A stretch of 64,000 bases of DNA, taken from Eledone cirrhosa. Taxonomy: Eukaryota. Under the pieces are notes generated by a model that saw nothing but the letters and a program-made list of their open reading frames with translations, did not search any database and was not told where the DNA came from. Every line of letters starts with the position of its first letter. The stretch's first letter is position 1. Location: assembly GCA_964016885.1 (NCBI GenBank), contig OZ024740.1, positions 67,270,001 to 67,334,000 of the forward strand, read 5' to 3'. A program made the translations under genes and the position numbers. This document shows, one piece after another, positions 11,931 through 25,409 of the stretch.

Positions 11931-13290
11931 ACACTTAATTACACATATACACGACAACACACATACACGTAAAATTAATAACTAAAAATCAAAAGGGGTG
12001 GGTATGTAAAGGGTAAGGTAGAGAGTAGGTGGGAATAAGGAAAATAACTAACATAAGAAAAAGTAAAAAAGTAAGAGGAAATAAGGGAGAAAGAGAAAAT
12101 AAGGGTACAGAAAGTGAGTTCAGAGAGTAATAAAAGTCGTAGTAGATGTAAGGCGTAAAGAGCAAAGAAGAAGTTCAAGGTGGTTAAGTCATCGTAGCAA
12201 AGAAGAGGTTCAAGGTGGTTGAGTCATCGTAGGAATGTCAATCCAGTTACAGAACAGATGTGATTTCAGGTGAGGACAACATCTGAAGATCTCGGTCTTG
12301 GAGTTAAGGCAAGTTGAAGTGGCTTTAAAATTTTGTAGAATTCTAAATTTTTCAGTGGTACACAAAGAACAATTCTTTGTGCCCCTTTGGTATTCCCTCG
12401 AATGGTCTAAAATAGACCAATCAATAGAGTACGGGATGTTATTATCTTTGAATTCCCATACCTCTATTAGTGAGGGCCGTTGCTGTTCTTTTATCAGAGT
12501 GTTTAAAAGAAGCGATATGTGCATAAAACATGGTTTTGAACCTGTCTTGAGTCATACCAACATATCGTTCACTCCTGGCTGGCTGGTTGTTAATCAAATG
12601 TGTTACTTTGGCCTCATATACAACGGATTTGGTGTTACATTTGCCCTGTAATGGGCATTCACCCGGCTTTCTGCAACTGCATCCTGGATTTATTTTCGTA
12701 CGATTAGAGTTGGTGATTTTAGACTTCATAGATGGGCAGCAAGAGTAACTAATTTTAACTACATTTCTATTAAATATCTTATAATATCTATGATTAGGGG
12801 GAAAATGCTTATCTAGGAGGTCAATGAATTTGCTTCCTACATTAGTTTTGACAGTTAGAGAGAAGGGGGGCGGGGTGTAAACCAAATAATTTTCCTTTTC
12901 CTATTATTTTGATCAGTTTTAGAGGGAGGGGGAGGTAAATATGTAATATGTTCGGTAAAGCCACTGTTATTGAGGGCTTTGTTATAATAAGGGGCAGCTT
13001 TATTAAAAATCTCTAGAGAAGAAGATAAAGTAGAAATCCTACGACTAATATTGGGAATAAGATTTTTAAAAACTATAGGAGGGTGGCAAGAATCTTTATG
13101 TATATATCTTAGATTCTCGTTAGCTTTATGATAAGGTGTAAAAGAAGCAGTAAGTAGATCAATATTAATGTCAAGAAAGTTAACGTTGGCGTTGGTAAGG
13201 TTCGTATCTATATTAATTTTAAGGTTAAGATTAGAAAAAGTATTGATTAAATCTTTACGGATTTATCAAGATTATGGCAGTTGGTGGTAT
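11515..13290 (-). mobile_element. 5'-truncated PLE (RT thumb + CxC linker + GIY-YIG; probably Hydra clade), frameshifted
   Basis: Minus frames give VNFLDINIDL..PYHKAN..YIHKDSCHPP, LLDKHFPPNHRYYKIFNRN, CSCRKPGECPLQGKC, VVYEAKV..RYVGMT, CSLCTTEK..LNSKTE..CPH. A decayed U3-A8 HHR lies at 11633-11670. Confidence 0.9.
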
Positions 13291-13299
13291 GAGAAACTG

Positions 13300-14465
13300 C
13301 AATTTAGAATTCTACAGAACTTCAAAGCCACTTCAACTTGCCTTAACTCCAAGACCGAGATCTTCAGATGTTGTCCTCACCTGAAATCACATCTGCTCTG
13401 TAACTGGATTGACATTCCTACGATGACTCAACCACCTTGAACTTCTTCTTTGCTACGATGCCTTAACCACCTTGAACTTCTTCTTTGCTCTTTACGCCTT
13501 ACATCTACTACGACTTTTATTACTATCTGAACTCACTTTCTGTACCCTTATTTTCTCTTTCTCCCTTATCTCCTCTTATTTTTAAACTTTTTCTTATGTT
13601 ATTATTTTCCTTATTCCCATCTACTCTCTACCTTACCCTTTACATACCCAGCACTTTTGATATTTAGATATTAATTTTACGTGTATGTATGTTGTCGTGT
13701 GTATGTGTAATTTAGTGAATGTATATATATATATATATATGTGAGTGTATATGTATGTATAAACTTTATATATATGTGTGTATGTGTATGTATGTGTATC
13801 GCTGTCAACTTAATAATATTTTTTATTTTTTTATTTTCTTATTCCTTATTTTTTATTTGCTTATTTGTATGTGACGGCCTACTATGATTATTTATCCTTA
13901 TTTGTGTGTGTGCATATGTATCCTTTTATATGTGAGTACGTATGCATGTGTGTGTGTATGTGTGTATGTATGTGTGTGTGTATGTATATAGGTATGTGTA
14001 TGTGTATGTATATGAATATATATATATGTATGTGCATGTATATATATATATATATGTATATATGTATATATATATCTTTATATATATATATATATATGTG
14101 TTGGTGTGTTTATGTATGGATATATATATATCTATATCTATATGTGTGTGTATATGTGTCTCTGTGTATATATATGTGTATATATGCGTGTATGTATGTA
14201 TATATATACGTATATATGTGTGTATATGTTAGTGTGTGTGCGGGGTGCGTGTGTGTGTGTACGTGTGTGTTGTTATATATTCTTATTTATTATCCCCCCT
14301 TTTGCTCCAGCCTCACTTTCATATCTGTTATATTTTTGTTTTTCAAATCCACTGTCAATAAGGACACCAGGATTTTTTCATTCTGATGAATGAAAGCAAT
14401 TTTGGTTGCTTTCAAGAAACCTCTGGTAAATGAAATAATTATCTTATGTTGTTTATTACATAACT
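13300..14465 (+). mobile_element. Inverted second arm of the same PLE (EN C-terminus + 3' UTR) with terminal pLTR
   Basis: 13302-13700 is the reverse complement of about 11950-12350. It ends in an HHR followed by (TA)n. Confidence 0.85.
14376..14435 (+). ncRNA. Type I hammerhead ribozyme
   Basis: tttcatt CTGATGA a tgaaagcaa ttttgg ttgctttca a GAAA cc tct gg TA aatgaaa. 7-bp stem I, 9-bp stem II, GUA cleavage triplet. Confidence 0.85.
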
Positions 14466-14513
14466 ATATATATATATATATATATATATAATGTATATAT
14501 ATATATATATATA

Positions 14514-14550
<37 letters not shown>

Positions 14551-14763
14551 CGTTTCTGTATTTGTTTAGCAAGATTCTTTATCTGAAATCGTGTGTTGAA
14601 ACCGATATTGTTATACTTTGGGAGGGTCATGTTGCCAATAAGAAACACACGCACCAGTTGCTTTCACTTCAATTTAATTTATTAAATATTTATAAGTTTA
14701 TAAATTTATAAATTTCTGGTTGGTTGGTTGGTTCCACAACCAGATAGTTGTTTATATATATAT

Positions 14764-14808
14764 AGTCATAGTTCTTTCGTCACACATTCTGTGACCTCTT
14801 CAGTGACT
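14764..14808 (-). ncRNA. Type I hammerhead (family D pLTR)
   Basis: Reverse complement: agtca CTGAAGA g gtcac agaatgt gtgac GAAA gaac TA tgact. Confidence 0.75.
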
Positions 14809-15601
14809 GGGGATTTCTTTCTTCGTTTCTGTGCCTTTCCTTTCTTCTATCCTACGCCATTTTGTTTGTGTGTGGGTTGCGTGCTCAGTTTGCGCATGCG
14901 CCACATCCGGGTGTCTGTGTGTGTGTTTGTGTTCATTTTTCTATTTTTCTATTTATATTTTTCTATTTGTTTGTTTATTTATTTATTTATTGTTGGTTGG
15001 TTGTTTGTTCTATGTGTGTGTGTGTTTTCATTTTGTCTTGTGTGTGTTTTCAATTGTAAGTTGTTTGTTCTATGTGTGTGTGTGTTTTCATTTTGTCCTT
15101 AATTGTAAGTTGTGATGTTGCTGTTCCACTCATATTTTCTATTTAATTTTGGTTTTAATTCTTTTATGCTTACTGCCTCTGTAATTTGCCTAAACATTGC
15201 GTCTTTCTTGTGTGTGGATTCTATTTTTATTTCTATGCTCTCTAATTTACCCCTGTGTTCTATCTTAGCATGTTGGTAGAGCACAGATGATTCTTTACTA
15301 TCTTGGAGGTCTCGCCAGTGTTCATTTATTCGTTCCCCTATACTACGAGCTGTCTCACCTATGTACACTACATTTTTGTTTCTACATTGTCCTTCAGTAC
15401 ATCTTATGCTATATACTACATTTCTAGTTTTACAGTTAATATGGGGGCTTATTTTACAGGTTATGCATTTCTTATCTATACATGAGGGTCTTTGGAACGG
15501 GTATGTCTTGCTAATAAGTGTTTTTACGGAGGTACCACACACAAACAAAATGGCGTAGGATAGAAGAAAGGAAAGGCACAGAAACGAAGAAAGAAATCCC
15601 C

Positions 15602-15646
15602 AGTCACTGAAGAGGTCACAGAGTGTGTGACGAAAGAACTATGACT
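15602..15646 (+). ncRNA. Type I hammerhead (family D pLTR, inverted copy)
   Basis: agtca CTGAAGA g gtcac agagtgt gtgac GAAA gaac TA tgact. Confidence 0.75.
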
Positions 15647-15797
15647 ATATATATATAAACAACTATCTGGTTGTGGAACCAACCAACCAACCAGAAATTT
15701 ATAAATTTATAAACTTATAAATATTTAATAAATTAAATTGAAGTGAAAGCAACTGGTGCGTGTGTTTCTTATTGGCAACATGACCCTCCCAAAGTAT

Positions 15798-15837
<40 letters not shown>

Positions 15838-15841
15838 CCAT

Positions 15842-15907
<66 letters not shown>

Positions 15908-15942
15908 CATAAACTATATATATATATATAAATATATATATA

Positions 15943-16300
15943 TAGTTTATGCTTGTGATGTTGTAACGGCAACCTCCACCAAAACATATGTGGGATCTAT
16001 TTCTACCCCCTTTAAGACTAGATACATCTCCCACAAATACACTTTTAAATACGAAAGGCTCAGGAATACCACCTCCCTGGCTAAATATATTTGCTTCTTA
16101 AAAAACGCTAATATCAATTATACCCTTAACTGGAGATTGGTAACTAAATATACACCCTACTGCCCCCCGAGCAAAACTTGTAACCTCTGGAGTCTCACGC
16201 CATAATATACTCTAGATGTAATCTGCTCAATAGGAAATCAGAAATATTCTCTTCTTCCATACATAGGAATCTTTGTTCCTTTTACCACTTTAAGCCAACT
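15943..16300 (+). mobile_element. PLE GIY-YIG endonuclease fragment (Hydra-like); element probably continues to ~17765
   Basis: [52 protein letters not shown], then LLNRKSE in another frame. Confidence 0.85.
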
Positions 16301-17764
16301 ATCTAGATCCACCGGTTATCACTCCTCCCTATTCGGCAGCTCTGTAACATTCCTTAACCTATATCTTTAACCAAATAACTTCTCCGCCCGTTGACCCTCC
16401 TCGGTATGTAATATTGTATGCCTGTGGCCCATTTGTTCCATTGCACTTGTGTATTACTTGACAAGCGGATGTGTCTGGCTGGCCCGGCCCACTACACGGA
16501 TGTCTGAGTTCCCAGGGGTGACCGCCACGTGACCTACACTTCATGAGTTCCCTACTGCCACTAAGGCTGGCTAGTACCCCAAATCATATACTCTCGACTC
16601 GAGGGTTGCTGGTGTTTATGGATACGCCTGGCCCCGGTGTGGGGCGGGGATTCAAACTTTAAATGGTTCCGTGGTTGGTCCCTGATGGATAGCATAACGT
16701 CCCAATAAATATCTCTCCTGGGTAATGGACGGAAATCTATCGGGTATAACAGCCCGTAGTTAATACGCGGGAGGTAATTTACCTGATCGCTCTACTTGGT
16801 GTGGCTCCACAGACTCCTATGGTAGTATCTAGTTCCATATATAGACCCGTCTTGCTGCAGGACATACGTACACTGCCTACTCCTCCTACATAGTATTGGC
16901 TATAACTCCTACCTATTGTGGGGATAGACGCCGTACCTACACCTATGTATTGAATTAGGGTTCTCTTTGGCGTAATACCTATATATATATAATACCATCT
17001 GTTTGAACTAGACTCAGTATAAAAACTTCCCCATAGTAGCATTAGTATAGTAAACTTTGGTCTTATGGACATATCTTACGTTAAACTGGGATTTAATAGT
17101 ATATGGTATGGTCCACTTGGCGGCCCTGGGTGTCTAACAATAATATAACTCATTATTGATACGAATCTTATTGACACAGCGTGGTAACTCACATGGTGGA
17201 TGAATTTTCTGTGGCTGTTGAAAATAAATAGTCTCATAGTTGACGTGATAGAGTTGTCCCCCTTCTCTGCCATTGAGGCGCCATTAATTAGTCACTGAAA
17301 AGGGTAATACCTGTATGTGCCTTTTACGTCATGAATTGGTCTGTATAAACCTATCGCCATTGGGACGAACTATGAAGCGGCGGTGTTTATTTTTTGCGGA
17401 GCCGGGTTCTTGGATTGTTGCGGAGAACGGGAGGTGTCATGTATTACTAGTGTATACCTGCATGAGTATGACCTCAATTGACAGACATGTTGTTGCGTCT
17501 GTTGGAATTAGGGTTCTGATCTGAGAAATTTTATGTGATTTTCTGTGTTGCTTGTTGATCCACGTGCTGCACGCGAGGGGTCAACAAGAATTTACTGCTG
17601 CATGTAATCAGGCAATATTTGGACGCGGTTGCAATTGGAATGCGGAGTGTGTTACATGTAATCTTAGGAGGATCTGGAGTTATAACTTAGTTATAACTTG
17701 GACAAGTAACACACCTCAATCTGGAGTTTCGAGTGTATGAGGATTCCTTACCCCACCTCCTTCG

Positions 17765-17808
<44 letters not shown>

Positions 17809-17969
17809 CACAAGGGTACTCGATACGATGGATAGTCGCGTGGGTAATATATATATATATTACCCACTTTACTATCCATAGTATCGAGTACCCTGGTGCG
17901 TTATGGTCCACCTGGTTTCTTACCACACTTCCTTCGTTATACATATATGGGGAATTTTACCCACCCTAG

Positions 17970-18018
<49 letters not shown>

Positions 18019-18599
18019 GTATATATATATATGTATATATATATATATGTGTGTGTGTGTGTATCTATGTGTGTATCTATGTATTATCTATGTGAAAGCG
18101 CATGACTTACTTATCAGAGCATTGTCTTCTTAGTATATTCTATCAATATTTTTGGTAAATTAATTTTCTTAGTCACTAAACCTGCAATATAATTATAGAT
18201 ATATATATTACTGTTCTATGCATCCATGATTTTTATTGACCACTTAGTATAATCTACGAATATGTTTTGTAACGTCATTTATTAAATTTAATAGACCTTA
18301 TAATTCCTAGCTATATTTTCGTGCAGAGTACATAGTGTATCAATATATTTCTGTTCGAAAAATATCTATAGTTACTGTACGGTATTTAATTTTATCCATT
18401 TTAAATATTTAATTTTGTCTTAAGAAATCCATAAATCTTAATATTTTCCCTACAATATTTGAAAGCTATTTTTTAAATTCTCTTTTTAAATTCTCTTTAT
18501 TTTTATACTCACTCTGACTTTAAAACATGTAAGATATTTTATTTGTGTGTGATTGATTCTGAGGAGTTATTCTTGCAGGGATGGAAAATATAATTGTGT

Positions 18600-19530
18600 T
18601 AGACCAACGAAAGGTTCGTATATCCATTAAATACTTTGACCAAATCAAAGCCATAATTGAATCTAATTGTCATAAACTGCGCGAGAGATTGCAGAGAGGT
18701 TAAATGTATCACATACAACAATTGAAAATCACTTAACACGTCCTGGACTGGTTAAAAAGCTCGATATTTGGGATCCCGATAAATTGAAAGAGATTCACTT
18801 AACACAACGAATCAATATTTGCGATATGCATCTCAAACGCAATGAAATCGACCTTTTCTGAAACGAATCATCACTAGTGATGAAAAATGGATTGTCTACA
18901 ATAACATCAATCGAAAACGATCATGGTCCAAGTGTAATGAAACAGCACAAATCACATCGAATGCTGAATAGCATAAAAAAAGGTCATGCTGTCAATTTGG
19001 TGGGATTATAAGGGTGTTGTGTATTTTGAGCTGCTTCCAAGGAATCAAACGATCAAATCAGATGTTTACTGTCAATAACTAATGGAACTGGAGGAAGTAA
19101 TCAAAGAAAAATGGCCAGAATTGTCAAATCGTAAAAGAATCGTCTTCCACCATGACAAATTTAGATCACACACGTCTTTGTTACCTCCTAAAATATTATT
19201 AGAGCTTTGGTTGGGAAGTGATGTCACATCCATCATATAGCCCTGATCTTGCACCATCAGGTTACCCTTTATTTAGAAGTTTGCAAATTTCTTTGAATGA
19301 TAAAACCCTCAATAATGTTAATAACCTGAAATCGCATTTGCTTCAGTTTTAGACTGATAAATACCAGAAGTTCTATGAGCGCGGAATCATGAAGTTGCCA
19401 GAAAGATAACAAAAGGTCATCGAACAAAATGAAAAATATATAAATGATTAAAGTTCATTTTCTGTATGAAAAAAAAAGTACTTTTATTTCACACTAAAAA
19501 AAACAAAATTACTTTCTTGCCAAACCAATA
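18600..19530 (+). mobile_element. mariner (Tc1/mariner) transposase pseudogene with 3' TIR
   Basis: AREIAERLNVSHTTI..KKLDIW.P..LKRIITSDEKWIVYNN..HPSYSPDLAPSGY.LF..GIMKLPER*QKVIEQN, with stops and frameshifts. Ends aattactttcttgccaaaccaa followed by TA. Confidence 0.95.
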
Positions 19531-19549
19531 TATATATATATATATATAA

Positions 19550-19753
19550 TAGAAAACGAAAAATCAGTGATGCATCTGAACTCAATTTATTGTGTGTTAC
19601 AATTGTTTCGTCGGCGGACAGTTCGAGACGTGATCATTGTCCAGAATCAGACAGATCCACACAATGATCACGTCTCGAACTGTCCGCCGGCGAAACAATT
19701 GTAACACACAATAAATTGAGTTCAGATGCATCACTGATTTTTCGTTTTCTATT
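19550..19753. repeat. Near-perfect ~90-bp-arm inverted repeat of a PLE pLTR 3' end
   Basis: agaaaacgaaaaatcagtgatgc...gatcattgt / acaatgatc...gcatcactgatttttcgttttct with ~20-bp spacer. Contains GAAAcaattgTA (HHR 3' half). Related to 41455-41595 and 49185-49460. Confidence 0.9.
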
Positions 19754-19805
19754 ATATCATACTCTGCTTTGTAAGCATCTCACCTACCATTACACACACA
19801 CACAC

Positions 19806-19990
19806 GAGAACTGTTTCATTCGGGTGAGATCATCAAGGCTTTCTGATGATTTCTCCCGAATGAATCAGTTCTAGTCCTGTAGAAGCCTTTTCTATATTAA
19901 ATATTTATGCTCTGTTTTATATTGAGTACCTTACTTACTGTGATTACCCCCGTGATTACCCCTTGTGATTACCCCCTGTGATTATCTATA
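19806..19990 (+). mobile_element. pLTR fragment (family F) with fold-back HHR
   Basis: ggcttt CTGATGA tttc tccc gaat GAAT cag..ctg TA gaagcc, preceded by its partial inverse. Homologous to 21695 and 47196. Confidence 0.75.
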
Positions 19991-20054
19991 TATATAGACG
20001 TGGGGATATATATATATATATATACACGACTGTGTGTGGGTGTGAGGTGTGAGA

Positions 20055-20295
20055 AGAGGCATGGCTTAGTTTTTAGTGCGTTCGGCTGGCAATCGTGAGG
20101 TTGGGAGTTTGATTCTCGGATCGGGTGTTGCCTTGCGTAATTGATCGAGCAAAACCCGTTAGTGATGCTAAGCTGTATCGGTCATTGCCTTTCCTGTTGA
20201 CGGCATCTGTGACGTATAGAGATGAGAGTGGAATGTGTGGGCGTGTGCTTGGCATCCAGAAACACCCTTGCCCAGACTTATGCTTCAGAATGGAA
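20055..20295 (+). mobile_element. tRNA-derived SINE (second family)
   Basis: ggcaTGGCTTAGT..(A box)..gaGTTTGATTCtc (B box), followed by body ending ggcatccagaaacacccttgcc. Confidence 0.6.
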
Positions 20296-21574
20296 TTACT
20301 TGGGGCAAATTCCATTTTACCATTTATGTATATATATATTTATACATAATTTTATACAAACGTACATACACTTGTATACATGTATTAGTATGTTTGCTTG
20401 TTATTTCATATTCAAATTTCCCATAATACTATTCAGTACGGGCTGGCAGCGAAATGTTATTGAATCTGACCAACTGATTCATTTGATCATTAGTAATTAA
20501 TTTCCATACTTACATGGGCCTTACAAACATTCTCTCTACATTCAAGATTCTGGCATTCATTGACAAATACAACTCTTTTATTACGAAGCACTAAATAATA
20601 GTTGTTTAAATCAGTTGATGCGTCACATGTCCTCTCCTGAAGGTGTAAACGTGAATGAATCCATTTGTGAATGAGTGTGTGTGTCTGTCTATGAGTGAGT
20701 GTATGTATTTGACTCTATGTGTGGATTCTGAGTGTACAATTACGTGTTAACAATATTGTTAATTAGATTAAAATAACATTTAAACAAATTTGAAAGCATG
20801 AGTCGATGTACAGTATTTCGATTCCCTTTCATGAGGCAACTTACAAATAAACATGCATACATACATATATACATATATACATACATATATGCGCACATAC
20901 ATGTGTATGTGTGTGTGTTTGTGTGTGCGTGTGTGCGGGTGCAATTTGTATTCCATTATTTTAAGCAATATCATTTCTTTAATTATCGCGTATTTATTTA
21001 ATCATATATTTATAGGTCTTCTATTAAATATATAATAATTGTAATTCTTCGTATTAACAGTAGAAAAGGCGAATGAGAAAACAACACAGCGATGTGTCCC
21101 TGGACACTGAAATAATGTAGTACAAACGTTTGTAAGAATCAAACCATGTATGCCAGGTAAACGCGTTTAATCATTACACAAAAGTGCATTTGGTCGCCAA
21201 ACTTTGCAGGCTTTAAGTGTTAAACTAAAAGTGTAAATAATATTATATATTAATTATATTTATCTGCATTGAGAATAATATGTTTTCAAATTTCAAAATT
21301 CCCTCGTTCTTCTAACCAAATATTATTTACACTTAGAGCATAATAATTAAAGATTCTAGGATCATGGCTGTAATTGTTTGTCAGATTGTCGTTATTGTAA
21401 AGCGTAAACGAGTTCGCACGCATTGAGACAGATGCGTGTTTCCATTCTGGCATATGCTTTTGCCCATTTTTTCACGTCTCCATGGGTACTTTACCCTACT
21501 TATTCATATATTATTTATAGATACTTGCACGAAGGTTAACACATTTTCAAACACACACACCCACACACACACAA

Positions 21575-21910
<336 letters not shown>

Positions 21911-21948
21911 ACATGCATATATATATATATATGTATATATATACATGC

Positions 21949-22049
<101 letters not shown>

Positions 22050-22452
22050 AATGTGTGTCTATGTGAGCGAATATTTGAATATTTGTTTGTAATGGTTATA
22101 TATATAACCGATGTGTCCGTGAGTGTTTTTAGTCACACTCATAGAAGTAACACCAAAGACAAAAGAATAGAGATATAGCAAAAAATTCCAGAGAGGGGCT
22201 TTACAGTATGACAAAGCGGATAGATGACGTAATCAGAAGTTTAACCAGGTGGAAATGCACAATAACATAATATGTTTTCCTATACAGCATACGTTTGCTG
22301 TTTTTAATGGAACACAATATATTTTGACATCTTTATCACTCAGTAACCCTCCCACTTTCAATGTGTCTTGTCAACTCTTTACTACTATATCAGTGTGCAG
22401 GCTTGTATGTGTATACTTGTAATACATACATACTTGTATATATATATATATT

Positions 22453-22542
<90 letters not shown>

Positions 22543-22544
22543 TA

Positions 22545-22751
22545 GAAAAAAAGATGGAATCGAAAATGCAACTGGAGTCTTATTTTAAAAAAAATATATA
22601 TAACTGCGAAACCGGTAAAGGAACCGAATAAATATATATATTTTAAACAAAATAAGACTCCAGTTACATTTTCGATTTCATCTTTTTTTCTTTATACTTT
22701 CACTCGTGTAGGACACCTCGGTTACTTTTCATTTTGTAAATAAAACCTCAC

Positions 22752-22760
<9 letters not shown>
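22545..22760 (+). repeat. Imperfect inverted repeat, probable pLTR remnant
   Basis: gaaaatgcaactggagtcttatttt / aaaataagactccagttacattttc, with GAAAccggTA in the spacer. Confidence 0.6.
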
Positions 22761-22834
<74 letters not shown>

Positions 22835-22872
22835 TTATATATAATATGTATGTATGTACATATGTATATCTT

Positions 22873-23883
22873 ATGTCAGGTCACCAGTTGGTGCTACTGG
22901 TAACATGTATTCCAGTACAACCTGTCTCATGGTCGGGTCGTTGGCGACTAAACTGGCAACCCCACCAAGGTCTCTTGGTGAGAAGGGTCACTTTGGACAT
23001 CCTGCAGGACTAAAAACAAAACCTGTCAAAGGGCAAAGAGCTCTTAAGAGTCAATGGCCATCCAAAATCACCGGGAGAGATGACCCCTTAGCCTTTGTCA
23101 AGGCAGAATTCTAGCAGAAGGAAAACTCTGATATAACACCTGCAACTCTGATGGTATCCAATGATGTTGACTTGTTCTTCTTTTTGGTAAATATCATCTT
23201 GGTTAAGAGAGTTGGACTGGCTTTGTGCAGTGCCTTTGCTCACTATAAAAGCTTCACGGCACAGACATTGCTTTATATCTGGAGATCTCTCTGCACGTGT
23301 TGTCACATGGTACCATGGGCCCAGCACTATGTGTCAATAATTGTCACAGGTGTAGTGTTTGTACCAGAGTTTCCAAGTCGCTGGCTTTACTAAAAAGTCA
23401 CACTCGTTCAGCGCATCGGTAGGGGTTCTCCTACATGGGTATAGGGTGGTGGCCGTACTCGAAAACGAGTTGGCAGCCGCCGTATATGTATGTATGATGA
23501 GAGATGACCCCTTAGCCTTTGTCAAGGCAGAATTCTAGGAGAAGGAAAACTCTGATATAGCACCTGCAACCCTGATGGTATCCAATGATGTTGACTTGTT
23601 CTTTTTGGTAAATATCATCTTGGTTAAGAGAGTGGGACTGGCTTTGTGCAGTGCCTTTGCTCACTATAAAAGTATTGCTTTATATCTGGAGATATATCTG
23701 CACTTGTCGTCACATGGTACCATGGGCCCAGCACTATGTGTCAATAATTGTCACAAGTGTAGTGTTTGTACCAGAGTTTTCAAGTCGGGACTAAAAAGTC
23801 ACACTCGTTCAGCGCATCGGTAGGGGTTCTCCTACATGGATATAAAGTAGTGGCCGTACTTGAAAACGAGTTGGCAGCCACCA
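22873..23883 (-). mobile_element. Family C repeat: one full and one partial copy in tandem
   Basis: 22873-23482 and 23498-23883 are reverse complements of 9790-10378. Confidence 0.85.
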
Positions 23884-24189
23884 TATGTATATAAGTAGAA
23901 GCTAAGAGCAAAGAAAAAGAAATAACTGAAGAACAAAAACGCTGGGGATGCGGAAAGTCCTAAGGTTAGACTCTACCAAAGAATATGTCTCAAGAAATTG
24001 ATAGTCGTAAAGGGATATAGAATATGCTGAGAAATATATAACAATTTATAATTGTTATATATATCTTAGCATATTCTATATCTCTGTACAACTATCAATT
24101 GTGTGAGGCGCATGTGTGGGCAGAGTCTAATCTTTGGAGTTCCCGCCCGCACACTCCACATTTTTATTATTCATGTTTACATATATATA

Positions 24190-24280
<91 letters not shown>

Positions 24281-24429
24281 CCTAACTAACTGTTGTGTTA
24301 CGACATATATATATATAGAAGTTGTTACACAACAGTGAGTTCTCCATACCGAGACCAATTGTTTCACTTTATGCGTATCTTCAGCTCGGTTGCATATATA
24401 TATATCTTCAAATACTTATTCCTTGGAGT

Positions 24430-24800
24430 ATCATGGGGACAGATTTTCCAAGCACGCGTTCCAGCAGGTCATGTTAGAATCAACCGTCCCTAATGTATCT
24501 GGCTGGATCCCCAAACGAGACCAGTCGAGCTCATGGATGTTATCCAACCATTTTGTCGGTCTCTACTCCGATTGGTTTTCTCATAAACTATTTTAGGCTT
24601 TGAAACGCACCCCTTTCTTCTGATGACGGACATTCTGATGACCGCCATGTGGCAGCATGCTACTACGTCCGTCTCTGGATCAAATGCATAGCACACATTA
24701 TTTTCTCTCTGTTTTTCTTTGCTTGTTTCCTTAAACCATACCATCATTCCGTTGATATACATCTATTACGCAATTTACACCAGATGGCGTCACCGGGTTC
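24430..24800 (-). mobile_element. Highly decayed RTE-like LINE 3' fragment
   Basis: Mixed frames give VIRMS..KIVYE..NRSR.RPTKWLDNI, the RTE C-terminal motif pattern. Confidence 0.35.
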
Positions 24801-24856
24801 TTAGGCCACCTAGCCACTAAAATGTGCATAGTGTTCCCAGTAACAAGAAATTAAGG

Positions 24857-25182
24857 AAATTCAACACATTTGGCCTCCTGTCATTTCACATTATAATACA
24901 TTTACTCCGTTCCCACACCATCAACATAATTCAACATTGAAGATGCATGAGCTGCATAACGTTGAGGTTTTTTCTCATAATATTTCATGAGTAAATCTGC
25001 AGAATGACCAATTCCACCCAGTGGTAAACCACCAAATTTAAACGTATATATATATATGTAATATGAGAAAAGCACTCAACGTTTTGCAGCTTATCCATCG
25101 TCAATGTTGAATCATGTTTGTGGTGCGGGAACGGAGTAAATGTATTATAATGTGAAATGACAGGAGGCCAAATGTGTTGAAT

Positions 25183-25185
<3 letters not shown>
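24857..25185. repeat. Inverted repeat, ~120-bp arms, with decayed HHR-like motif
   Basis: aattcaacacatttggcctcctgtcatttcac... / ...gtgaaatgacaggaggccaaatgtgttgaatt. Confidence 0.8.
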
Positions 25186-25261
<76 letters not shown>

Positions 25262-25361
25262 TTGAGGTTGGTAATGGCACATGGAATATATAAGAGACAG
25301 AATACTTTTTTGTGAAAAAACATATAATTTTATAGGGGTAAGGAAAGAATAAAGGGTATAA

Positions 25362-25409
25362 AACATGACCGGTTTCGATGGGTCTGCAAAAGCCATCTTT
25401 TCAAATGTT
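25362..25409 (-). ncRNA. Type I hammerhead, U3-A8 core variant, palindromic stem III
   Basis: Reverse complement: aacat TTGAAAA gatgg cttttgcagac ccatc GAAA ccgg TC atgtt. Confidence 0.8.

Larger units (their letters stand above)
14548..15803 (-). mobile_element. Truncated PLE (family D): GIY-YIG remnant between inverted pLTRs
   Basis: 15099-15530 minus: CIDKKCITC..CKTRNVVYSIRC..VYIGETARSIGERINEH..RQITEAVSI..PKLNRK. About 14605-14870 is inverted at 15540-15803. Confidence 0.92.

Noticed and set aside
13168-13440. 90-aa ORF as an independent gene
   Set aside because: It is a chimera spanning the inversion junction: antisense RT sequence fused to the duplicated EN C-terminus.
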